A stretch of 39,972 bases of DNA from Candidatus Daviesbacteria bacterium GW2011_GWA2_42_7 (GCA_000997105.1 LCEJ01000006.1:1-39972); one strand, 5' to 3'; counted from the stretch's first letter, positions 1-7,203 are shown. Notes: a model not told the origin generated them from the letters alone. Numbers and translations are program-made.

Positions 1-237
1 CATCGCCGCCAAAAAAATAGCGGAAGCGATTATCCAGTAAGTAGCACCTAACCAGCTGAACCAATCGCCCATTATCATTTTTGAGGCAGCAGCCACCATC
101 GAGGCCAGAGTCAAGACCCTAAATAAGCCCATATTAGAATCCCTGGTCTTCTGGAATTCCACTAGAAACAGCAATATGGTCGCTACGAACACAACCACTG
201 CAACCTGATAAATAGATGCCCACAGAACAAATTCCAC
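1..237 (-). CDS. small integral membrane protein, N-terminal 79 codons only (gene runs off the left edge); paralog of 881..1150
   Basis: Hand translation of the minus strand from GTG at 237 (AAGGAG 6 nt upstream) gives VEFVLWASIYQVAVVVFVATILLFLVEFQKTRDSNMGLFRVLTLASMVAAASKMIMGDWFSWLGATYWIIASAIFLAAM, open to position 1. It is hydrophobic and shares a GDWF motif and layout with the 881..1150 product. Not in the ORF track (non-ATG start, partial). Confidence 0.45.
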   Translation of the reverse strand, partial: MEFVLWASIYQVAVVVFVATILLFLVEFQKTRDSNMGLFRVLTLASMVAAASKMIMGDWFSWLGATYWIIASAIFLAAM

Positions 238-256
238 ATTACTCTCCTTAAATTTA

Positions 257-350
257 TTTACTACCCAAATGGATAGCTTACGGGACACCTCCTTTAGATG
301 CCCCAAAAGCTACCCATTTAGGCAAACTTCCGCAAATTATCAAGGTACAA
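257..350 (-). promoter_or_regulatory. conserved structured 5' leader, copy A (candidate cis-regulatory RNA)
   Basis: About 80% identical by eye to 1168..1262. It folds into the same nested hairpin (AAATGGGTAGCTT / AAGCTATCCATTT plus apical GGGGCA / TGTCCC). It lies between a promoter (364..392) and the CDS starting at 237. Confidence 0.5.
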
Positions 351-363
351 GAGAACAACCGAT

Positions 364-392
364 AGTATAACATGAAATTATGGACATGTCAA
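364..392 (-). promoter_or_regulatory. sigma70-like promoter TTGACA-17 nt-TATACT (minus strand)
   Basis: The reverse complement reads TTGACAtgtccataatttcatgtTATACT. It is upstream of leader copy A. Confidence 0.5.
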
Positions 393-418
393 ACTATAAG
401 CTATACCTCATGGCTACA

Positions 419-435
419 GCAAGGCCTGGCCTTGC
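419..435. repeat. 17-nt palindrome GCAAGGCCTGGCCTTGC
   Basis: Perfect inverted repeat. The same unit occurs twice in tandem inside pheT (21899..21938). Confidence 0.7.
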
Positions 436-462
436 AGGGATTAGTTATGCATTTTGGGTATG

Positions 463-497
463 AAAAAGCCCCATGCCATACGGCACATGGCTTCTCT
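463..497 (-). terminator. rho-independent terminator of the 881..1150 / 521..880 two-gene unit
   Basis: The minus strand reads CCATGtGCC-GTAT-GGCATGG followed by GGCTTTTTC, about 25 nt after the stop at 521. Confidence 0.5.
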
Positions 498-520
498 CTT
501 ATACATTTTATTGGGCCTAT

Positions 521-880
521 TTAGCCCCTTTGCGGAAGTTTGTGGGACCTGGCCTGCAGGAGAAGAAGAGATAGAATGATTAACCAGAACAATCCTGCTC
601 CTCCCTGCACAACCGGACTAAGTACCTCTAAGGTAATCATAGCTGCCAGCCCGCTTAGAAAAATGTGGGCTGTACAGCCGATGAAAAAGAGACTCAAGGC
701 ATATAGCCCCAAGCCGTAGCGGCACATCAAGGCCCAGACAAAGGCAAAGACGGCCACATACAAGACAAAGTTTGCAGAGGGAGGTACCTCTGTCTCCATT
801 CCCACCAGCACCAATGCCCATAGGAATCCCATCGTCCCTATCCCGGCCAGTACCCAAAGAACCTTATCCCTATCTTCCAA
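521..880 (-). CDS. integral membrane protein (about 4 TM segments), hypothetical
   Basis: 119-aa ORF, strongly hydrophobic. Its start abuts the stop of 881..1150, which suggests translational coupling. Confidence 0.5.
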   Translation of the reverse strand: MEDRDKVLWVLAGIGTMGFLWALVLVGMETEVPPSANFVLYVAVFAFVWALMCRYGLGLYALSLFFIGCTAHIFLSGLAAMITLEVLSPVVQGGAGLFWLIILSLLLLQARSHKLPQRG

Positions 881-1150
881 CTAATCCTCCTTATTTACTT
901 TTTTCGATAACTTATTTATCTCGCCAAAGTATAGCAAGGCAAGAAAGACCACCACTATACCCATAAACCAATCGCCTATCGCTAATCGGGCCAAGATAAT
1001 ATAGACCAAAACGATAAACTCTGATTTTAGGAGGATAATAAGAGATCTTTTACCTCTTTTACGCAGCACCAACTCCGTTAGTGCCATGAAGATGATTAAG
1101 GTATAGCCTATTATGGAAGAGGCTCTCCAAAAATCAGTTAACTCCTGCAT
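881..1150 (-). CDS. small integral membrane protein (GDWF motif), hypothetical
   Basis: The ORF track gives 881..1168. I prefer the second ATG (MQELTDF..) at 1150 because GGGGGAAG precedes it and the paralog at 1..237 aligns from there. The product is hydrophobic. Confidence 0.5.
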   Translation of the reverse strand: MQELTDFWRASSIIGYTLIIFMALTELVLRKRGKRSLIILLKSEFIVLVYIILARLAIGDWFMGIVVVFLALLYFGEINKLSKKVNKED

Positions 1151-1167
1151 GCTTCCCCCTATATTCA

Positions 1168-1262
1168 TTTACCACCCAAATGGATAGCTTACAGAGTATC
1201 TGCCTGGATACCCCAAAAGCTATCCACTTAGGTAAACTTTCCGCAAATTTTTAATGTACAAA
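1168..1262 (-). promoter_or_regulatory. conserved structured 5' leader, copy B (candidate cis-regulatory RNA)
   Basis: Homolog of 257..350. Middle stem is AAGTGGATAGCTT / AAGCTATCCATTT. The apical stem GGTATC / GATACT differs in sequence from copy A but still pairs. Confidence 0.5.
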
Positions 1263-1329
1263 AGATTTGAAAGGAAACCTTTAAAGGCTAGCGCAGCAAT
1301 TTGCACCTCTTTTCCGGTTTACAGAGGAA

Positions 1330-1358
1330 ATAATATCAAAAACATATTTAAAAGTCAA
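1330..1358 (-). promoter_or_regulatory. sigma70-like promoter TTGACT-17 nt-TATTAT (minus strand)
   Basis: The reverse complement reads TTGACTtttaaatatgtttttgaTATTAT. This would give a 5' UTR of about 170 nt containing leader copy B. Confidence 0.45.
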
Positions 1359-1377
1359 ACTATAGGGTGATATTAGG

Positions 1378-1408
1378 TATGCGCAATTATTTGCGTGATT
1401 ATTGCGTG
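1378..1408 (+). promoter_or_regulatory. 31-nt array of three TTGCG(T/C)G boxes spaced 11-12 nt (left copy), operator-like
   Basis: Sequence TATGCGCAATTATTTGCGTGATTATTGCGTG matches 2510..2540 at 25/31 positions by eye. It sits just upstream of the Fic extended -10 box (TGaTATACT, 1414..1422). Confidence 0.45.
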
Positions 1409-1428
1409 TTGTATGATATACTAACAAC

Positions 1429-2499
1429 ATGTATAAACCAAAATTTACAGTCACTTCACAGATTCTAACTTCCATCTCGGAAATTGCCGAAATTAAATCT
1501 ATTGTAGAGCGTTCCCGGGTACTTCCCCTAAACGAGGCCCAACTCCGTAGGGAAGCCATATCCCGAATGGCACATACTTCAACCTCAATTGAAGGCAATA
1601 AGTTAGCCCAATACCAGGTAGATAAGGTTTTATCCGGCATGTCGGTTAACGCCGATGAAAAATCCATCCTCGAAGTCAAAAATTACCAGGCTGCCTTAGT
1701 ACAAATGGATAAGATTGCCAAGGTCTCACAAGTTTTAAACATCGGGCAAGTCCTGGAGATCCACAAATTCTTAATGAATGGCTTAGTGGCAGAGGAGAAG
1801 CGGGGACATTTCCGCAAAGGTGCAATTTATGTCGTGGATGATTTAGGAGACGGAAGGGAACAACTCCGATACGAAGGCCCGCCGGCTACAAAAGTGCCAC
1901 ACCTTATTAATGAGCTCCTAAAATGGTTAGTTTTGGCAAAAAAAGAAGATCTCCATCCGGTTTTAATAAGTTCTATTTTCCATGTCCAATTTGTAACTAT
2001 CCACCCTTTTACCGACGGGAACGGAAGGATAGCAAGACTTTTAACAGCCCTAATTTTGTACCAAAGCGGCTGGGATTTTAGAAAAATTATAGTCCTTGAG
2101 GATTTTTACAACCAGGATAGGCAAGCCTACTATAACGCCCTAAACATTGTCCAGGGCAATAAGTATCACGAGGGGGAAGACTTAACACCTTGGGTAGAAT
2201 ATTTTATAGAGGGGTTCCTGGTTGAAGCAAGACAAGTAAACGAAAAGATTGCCCTGATGGGATTTGGCAAGGTCTCCGAAGCTGCCGAGCAGATATTTTT
2301 AGATAGGGACGAAATACAAATTATGGACTTTTTGGCCACAACCGGGCGGATTACCAGCCAGGATGTCCGGGAAATATTGGGGGTTGCCAAAAGGACAGCC
2401 CAGCTTAAGCTCAAAAACCTTACTGACAAGGGACTTCTAAAATCACAAGGCAGCGGTCCCTCAACTTACCATGTACTCTATGGTGGTGAGCGAGCATAG
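1429..2499 (+). CDS. fic: Fic family protein (AMPylase-type) with C-terminal winged-helix domain
   Basis: Carries the Fic motif HPFTDGNGRIARLL. An N-terminal inhibitory-helix-like motif S-x-x-x-E-G is present (STSIEGN). The C-terminal wHTH-like tail reads ITSQDVREILGVAKRTAQLKLKNL. Confidence 0.9.
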   Translation: MYKPKFTVTSQILTSISEIAEIKSIVERSRVLPLNEAQLRREAISRMAHTSTSIEGNKLAQYQVDKVLSGMSVNADEKSILEVKNYQAALVQMDKIAKVSQVLNIGQVLEIHKFLMNGLVAEEKRGHFRKGAIYVVDDLGDGREQLRYEGPPATKVPHLINELLKWLVLAKKEDLHPVLISSIFHVQFVTIHPFTDGNGRIARLLTALILYQSGWDFRKIIVLEDFYNQDRQAYYNALNIVQGNKYHEGEDLTPWVEYFIEGFLVEARQVNEKIALMGFGKVSEAAEQIFLDRDEIQIMDFLATTGRITSQDVREILGVAKRTAQLKLKNLTDKGLLKSQGSGPSTYHVLYGGERA

Positions 2500-2509
2500 T
2501 GAGTCGAAC

Positions 2510-2540
2510 TATGCGCGATAGTTTGCGCGGTTCTTGCGTG
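2510..2540 (+). promoter_or_regulatory. 31-nt array of three TTGCG(T/C)G boxes (right copy)
   Basis: Sequence TATGCGCGATAGTTTGCGCGGTTCTTGCGTG. It starts 11 nt after the Fic stop and lies 49 nt upstream of the zinc-ribbon gene. Confidence 0.45.
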
Positions 2541-2588
2541 ATTATAGCCACTTGTTTTTAGAAAAGGAATAATGTTATTGTTAATCGT

Positions 2589-3110
2589 ATGTCCGATGAA
2601 AGTTGTCCGAAATGTGGTTCTCCTTTAGGGGATATTACCGAAACTTCTACCGGTAAAAAATTACAGAGGTGTTCCCAGGGGTCCTGGAACCCCCAAACAA
2701 AGAAAAACGAAGGATGTGAGTATGTTAAATGGCTCCAGGTTGAGCCTCAAACTTTAGATGAAAAGTGCCCCAAATGCGGATCAGCCCTGATTATGCAGGT
2801 TACCCGCTTTGGCAAGAAGATGAAAAAGTGCTCCGCGGGTGGCTGGGATAAGGAAGCCAAAAAGGCTACCGGATGTGACTTTGTAGAGTGGATCAACGGC
2901 ACAACAGAAGCTTTGGATGGAAAATGCCCCGATTGTGGAGAGGGATTGGTCTTATATACTACAGCCGCAGGCAAAAAAATGGAAAAATGTTCCACAGCAG
3001 GCTGGGACAGGGAAGCAAGGAAAGCAACGGGATGTGCTTATATCAAGTGGCTTAAACCAGGAGAAATACCAAACAACGCCGGTGAAGAATTTTTACCTCC
3101 TGAAGAGTAG
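2589..3110 (+). CDS. protein made of three tandem C4 zinc-ribbon repeats (topoisomerase-type zinc-finger-like)
   Basis: The unit CPKCGS..(17-21 aa)..KCS.GGW...(K)ATGC.(Y/F)(V/I)KW occurs three times. It resembles the C-terminal zinc ribbons of bacterial TopA as I remember them. Confidence 0.6.
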   Translation: MSDESCPKCGSPLGDITETSTGKKLQRCSQGSWNPQTKKNEGCEYVKWLQVEPQTLDEKCPKCGSALIMQVTRFGKKMKKCSAGGWDKEAKKATGCDFVEWINGTTEALDGKCPDCGEGLVLYTTAAGKKMEKCSTAGWDREARKATGCAYIKWLKPGEIPNNAGEEFLPPEE

Positions 3111-3142
3111 GTTAACTTTCAAAAGTGATATAATCTCGTCAA

Positions 3143-3580
3143 ATGCATGACATTGAAAACCCATCTGGTAAAGAACTGAGCCCTGAGTGGCAAGAAGTGA
3201 TTCGGGAAAGTATTGACGAACAACTCGAAAGTTTTGAAGTTTTATTTGGAGCAACAGATGAAAATCCTGAGTCCGCATTAAATTTTTCCCCACTCTCATT
3301 TTCAAGCGGTTATGATGAAAGAGAATATGATGAATTATCTCCCGAAGAGAAAGATTTCATAAAACAGGCGATGTTTTCCGGAATTGGGTTTAATCCTGAA
3401 GATGCACAGATAGTTTCTACATATAAATATGACGGTCCCGAAGGTTCTAAGGGATATGGAGCAGCGGAAGTTACAGTGTACGAAACTACAAGGTCTGATG
3501 AGGGTATGTTTCTGCATATGGCAACATATCCGGACGGAAGAGAAGAACTTTTTGTAGCTTCCAAGGATTACCGCCTCTAA
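3143..3580 (+). CDS. acidic hypothetical protein
   Basis: 145-aa ORF with an extended -10 box TGaTATAAT 8 nt upstream of the ATG. No family recognised. Confidence 0.5.
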   Translation: MHDIENPSGKELSPEWQEVIRESIDEQLESFEVLFGATDENPESALNFSPLSFSSGYDEREYDELSPEEKDFIKQAMFSGIGFNPEDAQIVSTYKYDGPEGSKGYGAAEVTVYETTRSDEGMFLHMATYPDGREELFVASKDYRL

Positions 3581-3585
3581 AAAAA

Positions 3586-3879
3586 TTATTGCTTTCGCTT
3601 ACGGTATTTAAAAACAGACATATTCATAATAAATATCAGATTGGCATCTTCCCTGTGCCCTCCGTCATAACCAGGCATATCATAAATAGCCTTGGCAGCA
3701 TTCTCATGAAAATGCTGGGCTGCCAACAGGTCCTGGGCATAAGTTATGGCAAGTGATATTTTCTCTATCCCATTTACAGTCTCCGGACTTTGAGTGTCAG
3801 AATCCACAATTTGGGATAGATTGTAAATTTTACCTGTCTTACGATCCAGGAAAATAACATTTTCGAGCTCTTTAGGCAT
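3586..3879 (-). CDS. hypothetical protein
   Basis: 97-aa ORF convergent with 3143..3580. No family recognised. Confidence 0.4.
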   Translation of the reverse strand: MPKELENVIFLDRKTGKIYNLSQIVDSDTQSPETVNGIEKISLAITYAQDLLAAQHFHENAAKAIYDMPGYDGGHREDANLIFIMNMSVFKYRKRKQ

Positions 3880-4005
3880 GTCTTTGTTTTACCACAAACT
3901 AACGCCTATAGCTAGCTGCGGGACATGGATTAAGAAAATCTTGCCCATCCGCCTGCGGCGGAGGGTCGAACCGTAAACTGGGTTAAAATCAACAGCCCCC
4001 ATTTA

Positions 4006-4042
4006 GGTACAAAAATACCCTCACAAGGAGGGTTTTTGTACC
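4006..4042. terminator. long perfect-stem hairpin, probable bidirectional terminator
   Basis: Sequence GGTACAAAAAtACCCTC-ACAA-GGAGGGTTTTTGTACC, with T/A runs on both sides. It abuts the stop of the GIY-YIG gene. Confidence 0.55.
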
Positions 4043-4245
4043 TAGCTGTTTAGCTGCTTTTCTCTTGCTATAGCGTTTTCCTCACTCATACAAGCCTCGT
4101 AATATATCAATTCCATTGGTAATCGATACTTAGTAGCTTTTACCAAACCGTTGTTATGTTGTTCCAACCTATGCCTGAGATCAATACTCCATCCGATATA
4201 AAGCCAGCCATCCTTTTTACTTCTTAAAACATAAGTATAGAACAT
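4042..4245 (-). CDS. GIY-YIG nuclease family protein (short, C-terminally truncated relative to the family)
   Basis: Sequence MFYTYVLRSKKDGWLYIGWSIDLRHRLEQHNNG...REKQL shows the typical small GIY-YIG (YIG, R..H N G, REK) pattern. It ends before the usual KGW.R.KK tail. Confidence 0.75.
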   Translation of the reverse strand: MFYTYVLRSKKDGWLYIGWSIDLRHRLEQHNNGLVKATKYRLPMELIYYEACMSEENAIAREKQLNS

Positions 4246-4391
4246 ATCCTGCCATTAGACCTGCCCGCATTGCTTCGCCCACCCGAAACGCTTCGCATAT
4301 CGATGCGAGCGGGCAAAGCGATGCAGGCGGGCGATCCCGCAATACAAAGCATTAAGATTATATTCTATTGAGCTTATCTGTTCAAACCCTG

Positions 4392-4410
4392 ATCCTGGTC
4401 AAGCCAGGAT
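4392..4410. repeat. hairpin ATCCTGG-TCAAG-CCAGGAT followed by GACAA
   Basis: Perfect 7-bp stem. The second copy at 20900..20918 carries a compensatory C/G-G/C swap. Confidence 0.6.
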
Positions 4411-4472
4411 GACAAACTAATATTTGACAAGCGGGTAAATCCGTTTAATACTGGATATGAGGAGGTGATAAC

Positions 4473-4667
4473 ATGGGTTCATATAAGTCACTTGCGTTAA
4501 CTGTTGCTATTATCGGTGCTTTGAATTGGGGTTTGGTAGGACTCTTTGGGATTAATTTAGTAAGCACCTTATTCGGAGCCGGATCAGTATTGGAAAGGGT
4601 TGTATATAGCTTAATAGGCTTGGGAGGTCTTTTGGTTGCCTGGGGAACATGGGGTTCAAAGAAGTAA
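4473..4667 (+). CDS. DUF378 family small membrane protein
   Basis: ALTVAIIGALNWGLVGLFGINLV matches the remembered DUF378 (YuzA-like) signature IGALNWGL.G.F. A strong SD (GAGGAGG) lies upstream. Confidence 0.75.
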   Translation: MGSYKSLALTVAIIGALNWGLVGLFGINLVSTLFGAGSVLERVVYSLIGLGGLLVAWGTWGSKK

Positions 4668-4693
4668 ATTACCCTAAATAGTTGGTATTATTT

Positions 4694-4724
4694 AAGTCCC
4701 CCGAAAGTTCGGGGGACTTTTTCT
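4694..4724 (+). terminator. rho-independent terminator
   Basis: AGTCCCCCGAA / TTCGGGGGACT stem followed by TTTTT. Confidence 0.7.
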
Positions 4725-4868
4725 GAGCTCCTGACGTTATGTTACACAGACTGCCAGGATTCATCCAAGAATTTAACTCAACCCCTATTTTACCAGATTT
4801 TTTATATAACCCCTGTTAATTACGGGTTTTGTATGTATAATAAAGTATAGCAACAATTTTTAACAAGG

Positions 4869-5708
4869 ATGAATAAAGAAGTAACGCAGTCAACTAAAAT
4901 AGCTATCTTCCGAAACAGAAAAATAAGAAAAACTATTCATAAAAATGAGTGGTGGTTTGTAGTTGAGGATGTAGTTTTGGCGCTTATCGATTCAAATGAC
5001 TCAAAACAATATATCCAGCGCATGAAGCTCCGTGACCCCGAGCTTTCTAAAGGGTGGGTACAAATTGTACATACCCTTGCAATAGAAACCAGTGGCGGTA
5101 AACAGAAGATGAATTGCGCCAATACTGAAGGTATTTTTAGGATTATCCAATCAATTCCTTCAACTAAAGCAGAGCCGTTTAAAAGATGGTTAGCCAGAGT
5201 TGGATATGAAAGGGTGCAGGAGATAGAAGATCCGGAACTTGCTCAAAAACGAGCCAGAGCGCTTTACAAAGCAAAAGGATATCCGCAGGATTGGATTGAA
5301 AGACGGATGCGTTCTATTGCCATCAGGGAGGAATTAACGGATGAATGGCAAAAACACGGTGTAGAACTGGCAAAAGAGTATGAAATACTAACTGCGGAAA
5401 TATCTAAAGCCACTTTTGGCGTAACACCATCTGAATATAAGAAAATAAAAGGACTCGAACGCCAAAATTTGCGTGACCATATGAATGATTTGGAGCTTTT
5501 ATTTTCCCAGCTTGGTGAAGCTGCAACGACAGAAATTACCAAAACAGAACATCCTCAAGGGTTTGATAAAAATAAGCAAGTCTCAAGGCGTGGAGGCAAA
5601 ATTGCCGGAGATGCCAGATCTAATCTTGAAAAAGAAACAGGTAGAAAAGTAATTACTTCACAAAATTATTTACCCAAAAAACAGGCTAAAAAACTGCTAA
5701 AGAAATAA
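4869..5708 (+). CDS. BRO-N domain protein with DinD-like C-terminal region
   Basis: The N-terminus IAIFRNRKIRKTIHKNEWWFVVEDVVLAL fits the BRO-N pattern. The C-terminal half resembles remembered E. coli DinD-type proteins. Confidence 0.6.
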   Translation: MNKEVTQSTKIAIFRNRKIRKTIHKNEWWFVVEDVVLALIDSNDSKQYIQRMKLRDPELSKGWVQIVHTLAIETSGGKQKMNCANTEGIFRIIQSIPSTKAEPFKRWLARVGYERVQEIEDPELAQKRARALYKAKGYPQDWIERRMRSIAIREELTDEWQKHGVELAKEYEILTAEISKATFGVTPSEYKKIKGLERQNLRDHMNDLELLFSQLGEAATTEITKTEHPQGFDKNKQVSRRGGKIAGDARSNLEKETGRKVITSQNYLPKKQAKKLLKK

Positions 5709-5709
5709 C

Positions 5710-6411
5710 ATGCCATATAAGGTTCAATCAACTACAATATTACCTAAAGAATTTGTCCCAATTATTAAAGCTCTTAAAGACATTCATAGTTTGCATAATA
5801 AACATCAAATTTGGTATTTAGTAGGCGGATCAACTGCAATAGTAGCAGCTTCTGGCAAATATTTTAAGGTGCTAGGAGATGTGGATATAGTATGCGATAT
5901 TAAACAGCAGGAGGTTCTTCACAATGAGTTAATAAAACTTGGATACAAATTAATAAATATCCCTCCTGATTCAATTGTTAATCGAATCAAAAAACATTAT
6001 GTCAAAGATAAGCAAATAATTGATATCGCTTTTGGAAGCTTTACTAGAAAAGGTTATGAGATAAAGCTCCCAATGTTAATTCCCGGTATTTTATTAGTTT
6101 TTAGTAAGGCTATGATTCGACCTAGCATTTATGTCTTAAGTAATACTAAGTTTTTAGGGTTTTCTAAAGAAGCTCAATGGTTTGGGCTTGGAAGGTTTAT
6201 TGATACTATAGACGCCATGAATGATAAGGCTTCAAAAAGAAAGAGCAATTTGTCATTACTAGATGAAAATCTAAATAAAAAAGTAATAGAAGAAATAAAA
6301 CAAGGAGACCCTGGTATTTACATTCGAAGCATACCGATAGTAACACCTAATAATAGCACCCTCTTATTTTTGACAAACTGGTTTATTAAGTTCTGGAACA
6401 GATTTTTCTAA
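5710..6411 (+). CDS. nucleotidyltransferase-fold protein (Lnu / ANT(2'')-like motif layout)
   Basis: WYLVGGSTAIVAASGKYFKVLGDVDIVCD fits the G-G-x(n)-D-x-D Pol-beta-type NTase signature. It parallels W.(D/G)GGW..D...G...R...DIDI of lincosamide/aminoglycoside nucleotidyltransferases, and a later ..SKEAQ.. also parallels Lnu(A). The region is AT-rich, and the ATG lies 1 nt after the upstream stop. Confidence 0.5.
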   Translation: MPYKVQSTTILPKEFVPIIKALKDIHSLHNKHQIWYLVGGSTAIVAASGKYFKVLGDVDIVCDIKQQEVLHNELIKLGYKLINIPPDSIVNRIKKHYVKDKQIIDIAFGSFTRKGYEIKLPMLIPGILLVFSKAMIRPSIYVLSNTKFLGFSKEAQWFGLGRFIDTIDAMNDKASKRKSNLSLLDENLNKKVIEEIKQGDPGIYIRSIPIVTPNNSTLLFLTNWFIKFWNRFF

Positions 6412-6548
6412 AGATAAATTTAATAAGGTTGCAGGAATGATCCAAATTTCAGTTCGATTCCCGTTAGGGTATTATGTTATGGGATTAAATTTTAGCAAAA
6501 TTTAACAACCTTCCGAAGCTAAAATGCACGAATTCGATAAAAATCGTC

Positions 6549-6623
<75 letters not shown>

Positions 6624-6662
6624 ACTTCGTCACTTCGTTCCTCAGTGTAAACTACTCAGGAC

Positions 6663-6908
6663 TCAGTGTAAACTTTCTATAAGAACCAACTTCTTTTCCC
6701 TTCTCCAACCTTTAATTTCTTTTTCCCTTTTGGCAGCTTTATATTTATTCACGAGCTGCTCCAATACACTAGCCTAACAGGCAACCTTGCTTTTGTAGAA
6801 AGCACTTGACCGCTATTATGCTCCACCAGCCTCTTCTTAAGACTCCAAGTTATCCCTGTATAAAAGCTACTATCATTACACCCCAAGTATATAGACAAAG
6901 TAGGGCAT
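6663..6908 (-). pseudogene. GIY-YIG nuclease pseudogene (two frameshifts)
   Basis: Three successive frames read MPYFVYIL / LGCNDSSFYTGITWSLKKRLVEHNSGQVLSTKARLPVRLVYWSS* / EQLVNKYKAAKREKEIKGWRREKKLVLI... Together these form a full small GIY-YIG protein. Confidence 0.7.
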
Positions 6909-6949
6909 AATATGGGCTTGCCCTGAGGCCGCCATAGGCGGCCGAATGG

Positions 6950-6966
6950 GTGCCACAGCCAGGAAT
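6950..6966 (-). repeat. 17-nt duplicate of the 3' end of tRNA-Phe (att-like direct repeat)
   Basis: GTGCCACAGCCAGGAAT is identical to 7096..7112, which covers the 3' acceptor/T-arm of tRNA-Phe. Confidence 0.7.
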
Positions 6967-7057
6967 GAGTCTCGCTTCGCTCGTCTCCCCCGACATACGT
7001 CGGGGTCGAACCGCTCCGATTTTATCGGAGCTGGAATTAGATTCCTTCGACTGTAAA

Positions 7058-7094
7058 AATTTAACAAGCTAGTGAAAAACTAGCTTGTTAAATT
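7058..7094 (-). terminator. rho-independent terminator of the tRNA operon
   Basis: Perfect 15-bp stem AATTTAACAAGCTAG / CTAGCTTGTTAAATT, followed by TTTT on the minus strand, directly after the tRNA-Phe 3' end. Confidence 0.65.
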
Positions 7095-7096
7095 TG

Positions 7097-7169
7097 TGCC
7101 ACAGCCAGGAATCGAACCCGGATAAGACGCTCTTCAGGCGCCCGCCTTGACCAACTTGGCAACTGTGGC
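7097..7169 (-). tRNA. trnF: tRNA-Phe (GAA)
   Basis: Hand-folded 73 nt: GCCACAG..GGCGC-CTGAAGA-GCGTC..CCGGG-TTCGATT-CCTGG-CTGTGGC-A. Confidence 0.85.
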
Positions 7170-7203
7170 TCTTCGCTTCGCTCGACGTTCGTCGGGAGAA
7201 GGG

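Noticed and set aside
1281-1679. 132-aa minus-strand ORF overlapping the Fic start
   Set aside because: It is antisense to the Fic gene and spans both divergent promoters, with no family resemblance. The long antisense ORFs 21158..21850 (in pheT), 15460..16089 and 15010..15423 (in thrC), 12790..13149 and 13162..13446 are rejected for the same reason.
6637-6675. Two copies of CTCAGTGTAAACT resembling the tRNA-Val(TAC) anticodon arm
   Set aside because: The match is only 12 nt, lies inside the 3' end of the GIY-YIG pseudogene region, and has no further tRNA-like context. That is too short to interpret.
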